Shown here one piece after another: positions 16,768 to 28,168 of a DNA stretch of 64,000 bases. Below the pieces are notes generated by a model. The model saw nothing but the letters and a program-made list of their open reading frames with translations, was not told the origin of the DNA and did not search any database. Numbering within the stretch: the stretch's first letter is position 1; every line of letters starts with the position of its first letter. The DNA is taken from NCBI GenBank assembly GCA_963725875.1, contig CAVRZZ010000006.1, positions 199,531-263,530 on the forward strand. The letters run 5' to 3'. The position numbers were made by a program, and so were the translations under genes. The DNA is from an uncultured Chloroflexia bacterium (GTDB lineage Bacteria; Chloroflexota; Limnocylindria; Limnocylindrales; CSP1-4).

Positions 16768-16940
16768 GGGCTCTGAGCGGGGCGCCTGGCTCGGGCCGGG
16801 CGCGGGCGGGTTCCTGGCTCGGGCCGGGCCCTGGGCGGGGCGCCTGGCTCGGGCCGGGCTCTGAGCGGGGCGCCTGGCTCGGGCCGGGCTCTGAGCGGGG
16901 CGCCTGGCTCGGGCCGGGCGCGGGCGGGGCGCCTGGCCCG
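16768..16940. repeat. About six tandem copies of a roughly 30-nt GC-rich unit (ggctctgagcggggcgcctggctcgggccg)
   Basis: cctggc recurs at 16785, 16813, 16843, 16873, 16903 and 16932. Confidence 0.8.
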
Positions 16941-16969
16941 TTCCCGCTCGTGCCGCGCCCGGCGCGGCG

Positions 16970-18244
16970 TCAGGCGTCGCGTCCCCGGAGCTCCCAGGCG
17001 ACCGCCTCCGCGCCGGTCGGAAGATCGACGTCGGGCGGGATGAAGAGGAGCCCGTTGGCGACAGCGAGCGAGAACAGCATGTGGGAGTCCTGGCCGCCCG
17101 ACGAACGGGCCACGAGGCCGTCCGGGCGGTCCGGGTCGGGCGCGAGCACCACCCTCGCGACCGTCTGCCGTCCGGCTGAGCCGCGGATCGCCTCGGCCAC
17201 GCGCACGCGCCGCTCCGGCCGGTCGAACAACCGCGCATGACCGGCGAGCCGACGCAGGACCGGGCGCACGAACAGCTCGAACGTCACGAAGACGCTCACC
17301 GGGTTGCCGGGCAGCCCGAAGAGGTGCACCGGGCGGCCCTCGACGGCTGCCCGGGCGAAGGCGAACGGCCGCCCCGGCTTGATCGCGACCCGCCACACCG
17401 CCAGCGTCCCCACGTCGGAGAACGCAGTCTTGACGTGGTCGTGCGCCCCGACGCTGACGCCGCCGCTGAGCACGACGACATCGGCCCAGGCCACGGCCTC
17501 GCGCACGAGGGCCAGCAGGTCCGGCAGCGTGTCGCGGGCGATCCCGAGCCGCCGCACGACCGCCCCTGCCTCGGCTGCCTGCGCCGCGAGGGTGAGCGAG
17601 TTGCTGTCGTGGATCTGCGCGGGTCCCAGCGGCCGGCCGGGCGGGACGAGCTCGTCGCCCGTGGAGATCACCGCGACGCGCGGCCGGCGGTGGACGGCCA
17701 CCGACCCGTGCCCCGTCGCCGCGAGGAGGGCGATCGAGGCCGGGTCGAGGGCCCGGCCGGGCTCGAGCAGCGGAGCACCCGCTACGACATCCGTGCCGGG
17801 GCGGCGAACGTTGGCGCCGGGCCGCGGGGCGGCAATGATCGCGACGGTCGCCGGGACCTCCGATGCGCCGGCGGGGGCGTCCGTGTCCTCGACGGGGACG
17901 ACGGCGTCGGCGCCGGGCGGCATCATCGCGCCGGTCATGATCCGGAGCGCCGTCCCGGGCAGCACCTCGACGTCCGGGGCCCGGCCCGCGGCCACCTCGC
18001 CGACGACGCGGAGGACGACCGGGTTGCCGGGACCTGCCGCGGCGACGTCGTCGGCCTGGACCGCGAAGCCGTCCATGGCGCTGTTGGTCCACGGGGGCAC
18101 CGTCAGCGCGGAGCGCACCGGCTCGGCCAGCACCAGGCCGGCGGCTTCGGCGAGGTCGAGGACCTCCACCGGCAGCGTACCGATGCCGTCGAGCACGCGG
18201 CGCTGGGCCTCGGCGAGCGGGATCAGGTCGGGAAGGTCGGGCAT
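16970..18244 (-). CDS. moeA: Molybdopterin molybdenum/tungsten transferase MoeA
   Basis: LIPLAEAQRRVL, PPWTNSAMDGFAV, ISTGDELV and GLPGNPVSVFVTFELFVRP. Confidence 0.92.
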   Translation of the reverse strand: MPDLPDLIPLAEAQRRVLDGIGTLPVEVLDLAEAAGLVLAEPVRSALTVPPWTNSAMDGFAVQADDVAAAGPGNPVVLRVVGEVAAGRAPDVEVLPGTALRIMTGAMMPPGADAVVPVEDTDAPAGASEVPATVAIIAAPRPGANVRRPGTDVVAGAPLLEPGRALDPASIALLAATGHGSVAVHRRPRVAVISTGDELVPPGRPLGPAQIHDSNSLTLAAQAAEAGAVVRRLGIARDTLPDLLALVREAVAWADVVVLSGGVSVGAHDHVKTAFSDVGTLAVWRVAIKPGRPFAFARAAVEGRPVHLFGLPGNPVSVFVTFELFVRPVLRRLAGHARLFDRPERRVRVAEAIRGSAGRQTVARVVLAPDPDRPDGLVARSSGGQDSHMLFSLAVANGLLFIPPDVDLPTGAEAVAWELRGRDA

Positions 18245-18269
18245 GCCGCTGCTCCCTTGTTGGAGTCCC

Positions 18270-19715
18270 CTACCCCGGCTGGGCGACGACGAGGATCCGG
18301 ATCTCCGTCATGTCCTCGATCGCGTGCCGGAGGCCCTCCCGGCCGAGTCCGGAGTCCTTGACGCCGCCGTAGGGCATGTGGTCGATCCGGTAGGTCGGGA
18401 TGTCGTTGAGGATGACGCCGCCGACCTCGAGCTCGTTGAAGGCGGTGAATGCGTGGGCCAGGTCGTTCGTGAAGACGCCCGCCTGGAGGCCGTAGTGCGA
18501 GGCGTTGACCTGCCGAACAGCGTCGGCGAAGTCGGAGAAGCGGAAGAGCACGACGACCGGGGCGAAGGCCTCGTCGCTGCAGACCTTCGCCTCGACGGGG
18601 GTGTCGGCGAGGATCGTCGGGGCGAAGAACGTGCCGTTCGCGGTGCCGCCGAGCAGGACCCGGCCGCCCAGCGCGACGGCCTCGTCCACCCAGGCCCGGG
18701 TCCGGAGCGCCGCCTTCCCGTCGACCATCGGCCCGAGGTCGGTCTGGGGATCGAGCGGGTCGCCGAGGCGCAGGGCCGACGCGGCGGCGGTGAGCTTCCC
18801 GACGAAGGCGTCGAAGACGTCGTCGTGGACGAAAAGCCGCTGGACGCTGATGCAGACCTGGCCCGAGTAGCTGAACGCGCCGACGGTGATCCGCTTGACG
18901 GCCCAATCGAGGTCGGCCGTCCGATCCACGATCGCCCCGGCGTTGCCGCCGAGCTCGAGGACGACCTTCTTCTTGCCGGCTCGCGCCTTCATCCCCCAGC
19001 CGATTGCCGGGCTGCCGGTGAAGGAGAGGAGCTTGAAGCGCTCGTCCGCGACCAGCCGGTCGCCGAGCTCCCGGCTCATCGGCAGGATGCTGACAGAGCC
19101 CGCCGGCGCGCCGGCCTCCTCGACGATCTCGGCCACCGTGAGCATCGTCAGGGGGTCCTTGGACGGCGGCTTGAGGACGATGGAGCAGCCGGCGGCGATC
19201 GCCGGGGCCAGCTTGTGCGCGGCGAGGTTGAGCGGGAAGTTGAAAGGGCTGATCGCGGCGATCGGACCGACCGGGAAGCGCCGCGTGATCCCGATGCGGC
19301 CCTTGCTGCTGGCCATCAGGTCGAGCGGGATCAGCTCGCCGCCGATGCGCTCGGCTTCCTCGGCACCCAGGCGGAACGTGAGCGTGGCGCGGTCCACCTC
19401 CACGAGGGCGTCGCGGATCGGCTTGCCGGCCTCGAGCGCGATGAGCCGGCCCAGCTCCTCGCGCCGCGCCCGGATGCCGTTGCTGATGTTGCGCAGGGTG
19501 GCTGCGCGCTCGTAGGCCGGCAGCCTCCGCGTCACCTCGAAGGCCGCGACGGCCGCTTCGACCGCCTCCTCGTACTGCTGGGGCGTGGCCTGGTACGTGA
19601 GGCCGGCCGGCTCGCCGGGGCGGGCCGGGTTCTCGACGGTCAGGAGGTCGGGGGAATCGACCCAGCGCCCGGCGAGAAAGATCCTGTGGGGGACGGGGTT
19701 CGCGGCGGTGGCCAT
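18270..19715 (-). CDS. NAD(P)+-dependent aldehyde dehydrogenase
   Basis: FNFPLNLAAHKLAPAIAAG, SFTGSPAIGW, ELGGNAGAIV and the catalytic Cys in GQVCISVQR. The ATG at 19715 has an AGGAG SD; the track start at 19766 is less likely. Confidence 0.9.
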   Translation of the reverse strand: MATAANPVPHRIFLAGRWVDSPDLLTVENPARPGEPAGLTYQATPQQYEEAVEAAVAAFEVTRRLPAYERAATLRNISNGIRARREELGRLIALEAGKPIRDALVEVDRATLTFRLGAEEAERIGGELIPLDLMASSKGRIGITRRFPVGPIAAISPFNFPLNLAAHKLAPAIAAGCSIVLKPPSKDPLTMLTVAEIVEEAGAPAGSVSILPMSRELGDRLVADERFKLLSFTGSPAIGWGMKARAGKKKVVLELGGNAGAIVDRTADLDWAVKRITVGAFSYSGQVCISVQRLFVHDDVFDAFVGKLTAAASALRLGDPLDPQTDLGPMVDGKAALRTRAWVDEAVALGGRVLLGGTANGTFFAPTILADTPVEAKVCSDEAFAPVVVLFRFSDFADAVRQVNASHYGLQAGVFTNDLAHAFTAFNELEVGGVILNDIPTYRIDHMPYGGVKDSGLGREGLRHAIEDMTEIRILVVAQPG

Positions 19716-19866
19716 CGGGACGCTCCTGGGACTGGTCGTGCGACGTTCGTGGCGTGCCCGCATCATAGCCCCGGCCCGACCCCGGACCGGGTGATGGGCG
19801 ACGTGCGATCGAGCCCGCAGGGACGAGTGGCGGGCGGGCGTCCGATCCGGCCCATCCCCCCGTGGA

Positions 19867-20766
19867 TCAGCCCTCCGCGAGGAGCTCCTCCTTCGCGGCA
19901 GCCATGTCCGCCTTCGCCTCCGCGGTCGGGACCGGGAACTTCGGGTCGATCGCCATCAGCTCGTTGAGGATCACCGCGCCCGCGGCGATCCGCATGAACC
20001 ACTTGCGGTCGGCCGGGATGACGTACCAGGGGGCGTGCTCGGTGCTCGTCCGGGACAGCACGTCCCCGAACGCACGCTGGTAGTCGTCCCAGTAGCGCCG
20101 CTCGCGGGCGTCGCTCGCCGAGAACTTCCAGTTCTTCTCCGGCTCGTCGATACGGGCCAGGAACCGCTGGCGCTGCTCTTCCTTCGAGACGTTGAGGAAA
20201 AGCTTGACGATGCGGATGCCGTTGTCGACGAGGTACCGCTCCCAGTCGTTGATCTCGCGGAAGCGGCGCTCCCAGACGCCCCGCCGCTTGGCCGAGGGCG
20301 GCAGCTTCTGGCCGGCGAGGATCTGCGGGTGGACGCGGACGACGAGGACCTCCTCGTAGTAGCTCCGGTTGAAGATGCCGATCATCCCGCGGGCCGGCAG
20401 GCGCTTCGCAGCGCGCCAGAGATAGTCGTGGTCCATCTCCTCCGGCGACGGGACCTTGAACGAGGTCACCTCCACGCCCTGCGGGTTCACTCCGCTCATC
20501 ACGTGGCCGATCGTGCCGTCCTTGCCGGCCGCGTCCATCGCCTGGATGATCACGAGGAGGCCGTACGTGTCCTGGGCGGCCAGCCGGGCCTGGTACTCGG
20601 CGAGGAGCTCCACGCCCCGCTGGAGCGTCTCCTTCGCGTCCTCCTTCTTCACGAAGTCGGCGTGCCAGTCGGGGTCGAAGTCCCGCGGCAGGCGGACCCG
20701 CCGGCCGGGCTCCACCTTGAGCGGCTCGATCAGCTTGCGGAGGATGGCGGCGCGTTCGTCGGGCAT
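19867..20766 (-). CDS. ppk2: Polyphosphate kinase 2 family protein
   Basis: LLVIIQAMDAAGKDGTI (Walker A-like), HDYLWR and IFNRSYYEEVLVVRVH. Confidence 0.9.
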   Translation of the reverse strand: MPDERAAILRKLIEPLKVEPGRRVRLPRDFDPDWHADFVKKEDAKETLQRGVELLAEYQARLAAQDTYGLLVIIQAMDAAGKDGTIGHVMSGVNPQGVEVTSFKVPSPEEMDHDYLWRAAKRLPARGMIGIFNRSYYEEVLVVRVHPQILAGQKLPPSAKRRGVWERRFREINDWERYLVDNGIRIVKLFLNVSKEEQRQRFLARIDEPEKNWKFSASDARERRYWDDYQRAFGDVLSRTSTEHAPWYVIPADRKWFMRIAAGAVILNELMAIDPKFPVPTAEAKADMAAAKEELLAEG

Positions 20767-20908
20767 GTCGGTCGCTCCTTGGGGCGGACTACGCGGTGGT
20801 CTTGCGCTGGTCAAGCAGTCGTCGGGCGGCGGAGGTGGCGGTCGGGTGGCGGAGGCTGGGGCATCGGTCGAACGGGGGTGGCGGGGTGCCGGTCGCGGCA
20901 GCGACTCC

Positions 20909-22561
20909 TCAGCGCCGCCGTCGGCCCGAGCTCCCGAAGAGCGTGCCGAAGACGCCGCGGATGAGGCCGCCCCCGATGTCCTCGATCATCTCCTTCTGGC
21001 GCTTTGCGTCCCGCTCTGCCTCGCGGCGGGCGGCGGCCTCCTCGGTGGCCCGGCGACGCTCCGCGGCCTTCGCGTCACGCTCGGCCTCGCGGCGGATCCT
21101 CTCCAGCTCGCGGGCCCGGGCCTCGATGGCGCGCCGTTCCTGGGCCGGCGTGAGCCCGGCGTCGCCGGGCGCCGTGGTCGCTCCGGCGACCGCAGCCTTG
21201 GCGGCCGCGATCCGGGCCGACAGGATCTCGTGCGCGCTCTGCCGGTCGATCGCCTCCGCGTACTCCGCGTAGAGGGCGCCGGCGCTGATGCGGGCCTGCA
21301 GCTGGTCGGGCGGCAGCGCCGCCATGAGCGAGTCCGGAGGGGCGATCCGCGTCGGCGCCAGCGCCGTCGGGACGCCGCGCGGCGAGAGGACCGTCACCAG
21401 CGCCTCGCCCGTCCCCAGCGACGTCAGGGTCGTCCCGACCTCGAAGAAGTCGGTCATCGGGAAGGTCCGCACGGTCTTCTTGAGCAGGTCGGCGTCCTCC
21501 GGCGTGAAGACGCGGAGGGCATGCTGCACCCGGTTGCCCAGCTGAGCGAGAACCGACGACGGCACGTCGGTGGGCGTCTGGGTCACGAAGAAGACGCCGA
21601 CCCCCTTGGAGCGGATGAGGCGGACCGTCTGCTCGATCTGTTGGAGGAGCGCCTCGGACGCATCGTTGAAGAGGAGGTGCGCCTCGTCGAAGAAGAAAAC
21701 GAGCTTCGGCTTCGGCAGGTCTCCGGCCTCGGGCAGGGCCTGGTAGAGCTGGGCCAGCATCCAGAGCATGAAGGTCGAGAAGAGCTTGGGCCGGTCCATG
21801 ACGTCCGAGATCTCGAGCAGGTGGACGATCCCCTGGCCGTCGGGGCCGGTTCGCATGAGGTCCTCGACCTCGAACGCCGGCTCGCCGAAGAAGACGTCGG
21901 CGCCCTGCTGCTCGAGCGAGATGAGCGACCGCTGGATGACGCCGATCGTGGCCGGGGCGATGCCGCCGTAGTCCTCGAGGACGGCCTTGCCCTCGTCCGA
22001 GCCCAGGAACTTGAGGGTCGTGCGCAGGTCGGCCAGGTCCAGGAGCGGGAGGTCGTGGTCGTCGCAGTACTTGAAGACGAGCGAGAGGACGCTGGTCTGG
22101 GTCTCGTTGAGGTCCAGGATGCGCGACAGGAGAAGCGGCCCGAACGACGAGACGGTGGCGCGGACCTGCGCACCGAGCTTGCCCGAGAGCGAGAGGAGCT
22201 CGACCGGGTGGCCGAAGGGCTCGAACTCGACGCCGAGCTGGGCCGCGCGCTGCAGGACCTTGGGGTTGGTGCCGTCGCCCGGGAGGGCCATCCCCGTCAG
22301 GTCGCCCTTCACGTCGGCGATGAACGTGGGAACGCCCGCCCGCGACAGCTGGCCGGCGATCCCCTGGAGGGTCTTGGTCTTGCCGGTGCCGGTGGCGCCC
22401 GCGACGAGGCCGTGCCGGTTCAACATCGACAGGGCGACCTGGACCTTGACGCCGGTGAGGGCCTCGGCTCCTTCCAGGGGGGCACCGATGTACAGCGCGG
22501 GCTCGCCGAGCGCGTACGCGGCCTCCATCGCCTCGCGGAACGTCTGGGCCATCCGGGTCAC
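20909..22561 (-). CDS. DUF853 / HerA-like P-loop ATPase (YjgR family) with a charged coiled-coil tail
   Basis: HGLVAGATGTGKTKTLQ (Walker A) and KLVFFFDEAHLLF (Walker B). GGAGG SD. Confidence 0.85.
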   Translation of the reverse strand: MTRMAQTFREAMEAAYALGEPALYIGAPLEGAEALTGVKVQVALSMLNRHGLVAGATGTGKTKTLQGIAGQLSRAGVPTFIADVKGDLTGMALPGDGTNPKVLQRAAQLGVEFEPFGHPVELLSLSGKLGAQVRATVSSFGPLLLSRILDLNETQTSVLSLVFKYCDDHDLPLLDLADLRTTLKFLGSDEGKAVLEDYGGIAPATIGVIQRSLISLEQQGADVFFGEPAFEVEDLMRTGPDGQGIVHLLEISDVMDRPKLFSTFMLWMLAQLYQALPEAGDLPKPKLVFFFDEAHLLFNDASEALLQQIEQTVRLIRSKGVGVFFVTQTPTDVPSSVLAQLGNRVQHALRVFTPEDADLLKKTVRTFPMTDFFEVGTTLTSLGTGEALVTVLSPRGVPTALAPTRIAPPDSLMAALPPDQLQARISAGALYAEYAEAIDRQSAHEILSARIAAAKAAVAGATTAPGDAGLTPAQERRAIEARARELERIRREAERDAKAAERRRATEEAAARREAERDAKRQKEMIEDIGGGLIRGVFGTLFGSSGRRRR

Positions 22562-22634
22562 CTCCTCTGGTGGCCCTTATCATCGCCCACCGCAACGGGC
22601 GCGATCAGGCGAGCCGGGCGCCGAACGGACTGGG

Positions 22635-23591
22635 TCAGACCCCGGGGGTGGTCGGGGGCTCCGGCGGCTCCGGGTTCTCGAAGGCGATCGTGTCGTCCGT
22701 CGGGGCCGCGGATGCGCCGTCGAGTGCCGCCTGTGCGACAGGCGCGTCGCCGGGAGGCGTCGGGGCCGCGGGAGCGGCCCCCGGAGGAGGCAGTGGCACC
22801 GAGCCGGCGGATGCACCGGTCTCTGGTGGCACCCCGGGCTCGGCGGGCGCCCCGGGCGCCCCGCCCGGACCGGAGGTCGCGTCATCGGGGCCGGTTGTCG
22901 GAGGCTCGGGTTCCGGCGGCGTGGGGCCCTGACCGCGTCGCGACAGGGCGACGGCGAGCGGCACGAGCAGCGCCGCCCCGGCAACGAGGAGCAGGAGGAG
23001 CAACGGCCAGCCGATCAACCCGCCGCCGTCCCCCTCGTCGGGGGGAGGAGATGGCGCCGGCGTCACCGCCGCGGTCTCGGCCGGGGTAGGCGAGGGGCTC
23101 GGGGTCGCGGTCGGCTCGGGGGTGGGAGTCGCAGTCGGCTCCGGGGTGGGCTCGGGAGTGGGGGTCGGAGTCGGCTCAGCGGTTGGCGTGGGGGTCGGTT
23201 CTGGCGTGGGCGTCGGTGTCGGGGTCGGGGTCGGCGTCGCGGTCGGAGCTGGTGTCGGCGTCGGTGCCGGGGTCGGCGTCGGCGTCGGCGAGGCCTGTGG
23301 CTCCAGGGTCGCGGTCGGGACCGGGGTCGGCTCGGGAGTCGGCTCGGGCGTGGGCTCGGCGGTCGGTTCTGGCGTGGGCTCGGGCGTGGGCTCGGCGGTC
23401 GGCTCGGGCGTCGGGCGGGGCGGGAGCGACGGCACCTCGATGCTCGGCACTTCGATGCTCGGCAGCGCGATGCTCGGCAGCGCGATGTCGCCGCAGCCGG
23501 CGACGAGGAAGGCTGCCACGCCCGCCATGAGGGCAATCCTGCGACCCAGCGGCCGGCTCGGTCTCTTGGTCCTGGTCGGTCGGGTGGGCAT
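22635..23591 (-). CDS. Pro/Thr-repeat lipoprotein with an internal TM helix and Pro-rich tail; no recognisable globular domain
   Basis: Lipobox AFLVAGCG, (I/E)(A/V)LPS x4, about 130 aa of EPTP/TPTP repeats, then the [25 protein letters not shown] helix. Confidence 0.6.
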   Translation of the reverse strand: MPTRPTRTKRPSRPLGRRIALMAGVAAFLVAGCGDIALPSIALPSIEVPSIEVPSLPPRPTPEPTAEPTPEPTPEPTAEPTPEPTPEPTPVPTATLEPQASPTPTPTPAPTPTPAPTATPTPTPTPTPTPEPTPTPTAEPTPTPTPEPTPEPTATPTPEPTATPSPSPTPAETAAVTPAPSPPPDEGDGGGLIGWPLLLLLLVAGAALLVPLAVALSRRGQGPTPPEPEPPTTGPDDATSGPGGAPGAPAEPGVPPETGASAGSVPLPPPGAAPAAPTPPGDAPVAQAALDGASAAPTDDTIAFENPEPPEPPTTPGV

Positions 23592-23701
23592 GGTCGACTC
23601 CGGTTCAGGTCAGGTTCGGCGAGCGGAGTCGTAGGATCGCAGAGAACCGCCTCGGCCGTCGTCGCCCGACTGGATGGGGACCGCCGCGTCGCGCGGTTGC
23701 G

Positions 23702-24562
23702 CTACCCGCCGGCGCCCCGCGGGTAGCTGCCCAGAACCCGGAGCGAGGTCGTGACGCCGGCCAGGTGGTCGAGCGCCTCGCGCGTGGCGGGGGTGGTCGC
23801 GTCGGCATCGAGGTCGACCCAGAAGACGTACTCCCAGGGCCGATCGCGGGCCGGGCGGCTCTCCAGCTTCGACAGGTTCAGGTCGTGGTCGGCGAACACG
23901 GTGAGGGCCCGGATGAGCGCACCGGGCTCGTTGCGGATCCCCATCACCAGCGTGGTCCGCGCAGCGCCCGACGCATCCACGACGCCGGGGCGCGCCGGGG
24001 GCAGGTCGGCGCCCGGATCGGCCACGACGGCGAACCGCGTGCGGTTGGCGGGGTCGCCCTGGATCCCGTCGACCAGGATCTCGAGGCCGAAGAGCGCCGC
24101 AGCACGCGGTGAGAGGACGGCGGCTGCGCCGCGCTCACCCCGATCCGCGATCGCCTTCCCGGCCCCGGCCGTGTTGTACGTGGTGAGGAGCGTCCAGGGC
24201 CGGGTGCGCAGGAAGGCGTCCGCCTGCCCGAGCGCCTGGATGTGCGAGTAGACCCGCTCGATCCCGTCGAGGGTCTCGCCCGGAAGGGCTGCCAGGCAGA
24301 GCCGGACGGGGACCACCACCTCGCCCCGGATCGCGAGGGGGAACTCCAGGAGCAGGTCGTAGCTCTCGCGCACCGTGCCGTTGACGAGGTTCTCGATCGG
24401 GACGACGCCGACGCCGGCACGCCCCCCGGCCACCGCCTCGAAGACGCCGCGGAACCCGGGAACGGCGCGAGTCGGCGTCGCCGGCCCGAAGTAGGCGTGG
24501 GCGGCATCCTCGGCGAAGGCGCCGGGCTCGCCGGAGTAGGCAACGAGGAGCGGGCCGGTCAC
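23702..24562 (-). CDS. pheA: Prephenate dehydratase with C-terminal ACT domain
   Basis: VAYSGEPGAFAE, VVPIENLVNGTV, TRF and the ACT-domain ESRP motif (LSKLESRPA). The GTG overlaps the upstream stop. Confidence 0.92.
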   Translation of the reverse strand: MTGPLLVAYSGEPGAFAEDAAHAYFGPATPTRAVPGFRGVFEAVAGGRAGVGVVPIENLVNGTVRESYDLLLEFPLAIRGEVVVPVRLCLAALPGETLDGIERVYSHIQALGQADAFLRTRPWTLLTTYNTAGAGKAIADRGERGAAAVLSPRAAALFGLEILVDGIQGDPANRTRFAVVADPGADLPPARPGVVDASGAARTTLVMGIRNEPGALIRALTVFADHDLNLSKLESRPARDRPWEYVFWVDLDADATTPATREALDHLAGVTTSLRVLGSYPRGAGG

Positions 24563-25178
24563 CGGTCGAACAGGCTGCCGCCGAGGTCCTCGGCCTGAGA
24601 CTCGTCGATCTCGGCGCGCCCACCGGCACGCTCGGCACGGGCTCGCAGCTCGGCCAGGCGGGCGTTGCCGGCGGCCTCGGTCGCCCCGGCCCAGGCGTCG
24701 TCGGCGAGGAGCGTGCGGATCGCGGCGAGGTAGGCCTCGGCGCAGGCGGCCACGAGGTTCACGTGGCGAGCGCTCCCCGCGTAACGGCCGGTGGCCCGCC
24801 CGCCGGTCGCGGTGGCGGGCGGCTCCACGGTGAGCTCCACGAGGGCGTCGGCGCCGGCCGTCTCGCCGATCGCGTGGACATCGAAGGAGACCAGCCGCAC
24901 CTGTCCGCCGAGGACGTCCTCCAGGGCCGCGTCCACCGCGTCGTACAGGGCCCCGATCGCCCCGGCGCTCTCCGCCGTCGCCTCCCACTGGTGGTCGCCG
25001 GCCGCGAGGACCACGGCCGCCCGGGCCGTGCCCGAGGAGCCGGTGGTCATGGTCCAACGAAGAAGGCGCAGGGACGGTGCTCCCGCGGAGTGGGCTCCCG
25101 CGGACTGGGCTCCCTGGGACGGGGCCCCCACGGACTCGGCCGCTCCTCTCGGCCCGCCGGGCGCGCTGCCACGCTCGC

Positions 25179-25182
<4 letters not shown>
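24559..25182 (-). CDS. Stand-alone LeuA allosteric/dimerisation (LeuA_dimer-like) domain protein
   Basis: WEATAESAGAIGALYDAVDAALEDVLGGQVRLVSFDVHAIGETAGADALVELTVE...GSARHVNLVAACAEAYLAAIRTLL parallels the C-terminal domains of the neighbouring CimA and LeuA. ATGA overlap with the cimA stop. Confidence 0.65.
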
Positions 25183-26850
<1,668 letters not shown>

Positions 26851-26986
26851 CGCGCCGGCGCCGGGGCCGGTCTCGCGGGCTGGGCTGGGGCTGGTCTCGG
26901 GTGCGGTCACGGGTCGGGTCCCTCGCGGTTCGTCGGGTCGGGTCGGATCGGGTCGGGTCCAGGTCGAGGCGTGCGGCGGCGCGCCG

Positions 26987-28168
26987 TCAGGCGGCCGCCC
27001 CGGGCGGCCGCACTCCCGCGGCCGTCCCGGTAATCGCGATCCGGGCGACGATCGCGTCGGTCATCCCGACGGTCCCCACGCGGGTGCAGCGCTCGGCCGC
27101 GGCCGGGTCGCGCGGCCACAGGTCGGCCGTCCGGAAGCCGTCGTCGAGCGTGGCGGCCACGGCGGCCTCCACCGCGTCGGCCGCATCCGCACGGCCCAGC
27201 GACCAGCGCAGGAGCATCGCGGCGGAGAGGACCGTCCCGACCGGGTTCGCCACGTCCTGCCCGGCGATGTCCGGCGCCGAGCCGTGGATCGGTTCGTAGA
27301 GGCCGTGCAGGCCGTGTGCCGTCCGCCGCGCCCCGATCGACGCCGACGGGAGCATCCCCAGGCTCCCGGCCAGCACCGACGCCTCGTCGGACAGGATGTC
27401 GCCGAAGAGGTTCTCGGTGACGAGCACGTCGAACGAGGCCGGCCTCGTGACGATCTGCATCGCGCAGGAATCGACCAGCCGGTCCTCGAGCGCGACGTCG
27501 GGGTACTCCGCGGCGATCTCGTGCACGACCGTGCGCCAGAGGCGGGACGTCGCGAGCACGTTCGCCTTGTCCACGGAGGTGAGGCGGCGCCGGCGGCCGC
27601 GCGCCAGGTCGAAGGCGAGGCGCGCCACGCGGGCGACCTCGGGCTCGGAGTACGGCAGCAGGTCGCTGGCGGCCCGGGCGCCGGCCGCGCCGGCGGCTTC
27701 CGAGCGCGCGCCGAAGTAGAGGCCACCCGTCAGCTCCCGGACGATGAGCATGTCCACGCCATCGAGCAGCTCCGGGCGGAGCGGCGAGGCCGGCACCAGC
27801 GCCGCGTGAACGCTCACCGGGCGCAGGTTCGCGAACAGGCCCAGGCCGCCGCGCATGGCGAAGAGCGCCTGCTCGGGGCGGACCGACGACGTCGGGTCGT
27901 CCCACGCCGGGCCGCCCACGGCGCCCAGGAGGATCGCGTCGCTCGCGGCGCACGCGGCGAGGTCCTCGTCGCGGATCGCGACCCCGTACGCGTCGATCCC
28001 GGCACCGCCGACGACGAGGTCCGTCCACGCGACGTCGAAGCCGAGGCGGGCGCCGGTGGCCGCCAGCACCCGCCGTGCCGCGGCGACGACGTCCGGGCCG
28101 ACGCCGTCGCCCGGGATCGCGGCGACGCGGTAGGTGGGCGAGCCCGGAAGGCCGCCCTCCGCGGTCAC
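26987..28168 (-). CDS. leuB: 3-isopropylmalate dehydrogenase
   Basis: RVAAIPGDGVGPDV, LLGAVGGPAWD, NLFGDILSDEAS and GSAPDIAG. Confidence 0.95.
   Translation of the reverse strand: MTAEGGLPGSPTYRVAAIPGDGVGPDVVAAARRVLAATGARLGFDVAWTDLVVGGAGIDAYGVAIRDEDLAACAASDAILLGAVGGPAWDDPTSSVRPEQALFAMRGGLGLFANLRPVSVHAALVPASPLRPELLDGVDMLIVRELTGGLYFGARSEAAGAAGARAASDLLPYSEPEVARVARLAFDLARGRRRRLTSVDKANVLATSRLWRTVVHEIAAEYPDVALEDRLVDSCAMQIVTRPASFDVLVTENLFGDILSDEASVLAGSLGMLPSASIGARRTAHGLHGLYEPIHGSAPDIAGQDVANPVGTVLSAAMLLRWSLGRADAADAVEAAVAATLDDGFRTADLWPRDPAAAERCTRVGTVGMTDAIVARIAITGTAAGVRPPGAAA

Noticed and set aside
16597-16770. tRNA-like or T-loop-like strings (gagttcaac, gagctcaactc) and a transposable element
   Set aside because: No cloverleaf can be drawn, and the canonical GGTTCGAAT-type T-loops are absent from the whole window by eye. 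The IR-bounded element has no transposase ORF, and I cannot identify target-site duplications. It is therefore reported only as an unexplained element.
16768-16940. Tandem 30-nt repeats (and those at 16014-16210 and 38336-38410) as possible CRISPR arrays
   Set aside because: The units are contiguous, with no unique spacers of comparable length. No cas genes are in the window.
20456-23089. 877-aa plus-strand ORF (similar cases: 5036..7303, 40032..42416, 25077..27299, 28075..29856, 31659..33422)
   Set aside because: All lie opposite well-supported minus-strand genes (PPK2/DUF853, the SipW cassette, S9, cimA, leuA, ilvB). All translate to Arg/Gly/Asp/Glu/Pro low complexity.
23122-23634. ORF encoding (GVGVGS)n repeats
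   Set aside because: It is the reverse complement of the Pro/Thr-repeat coding region. The minus-strand frame has the lipobox and TM helix, while this frame has neither a start context nor other features.
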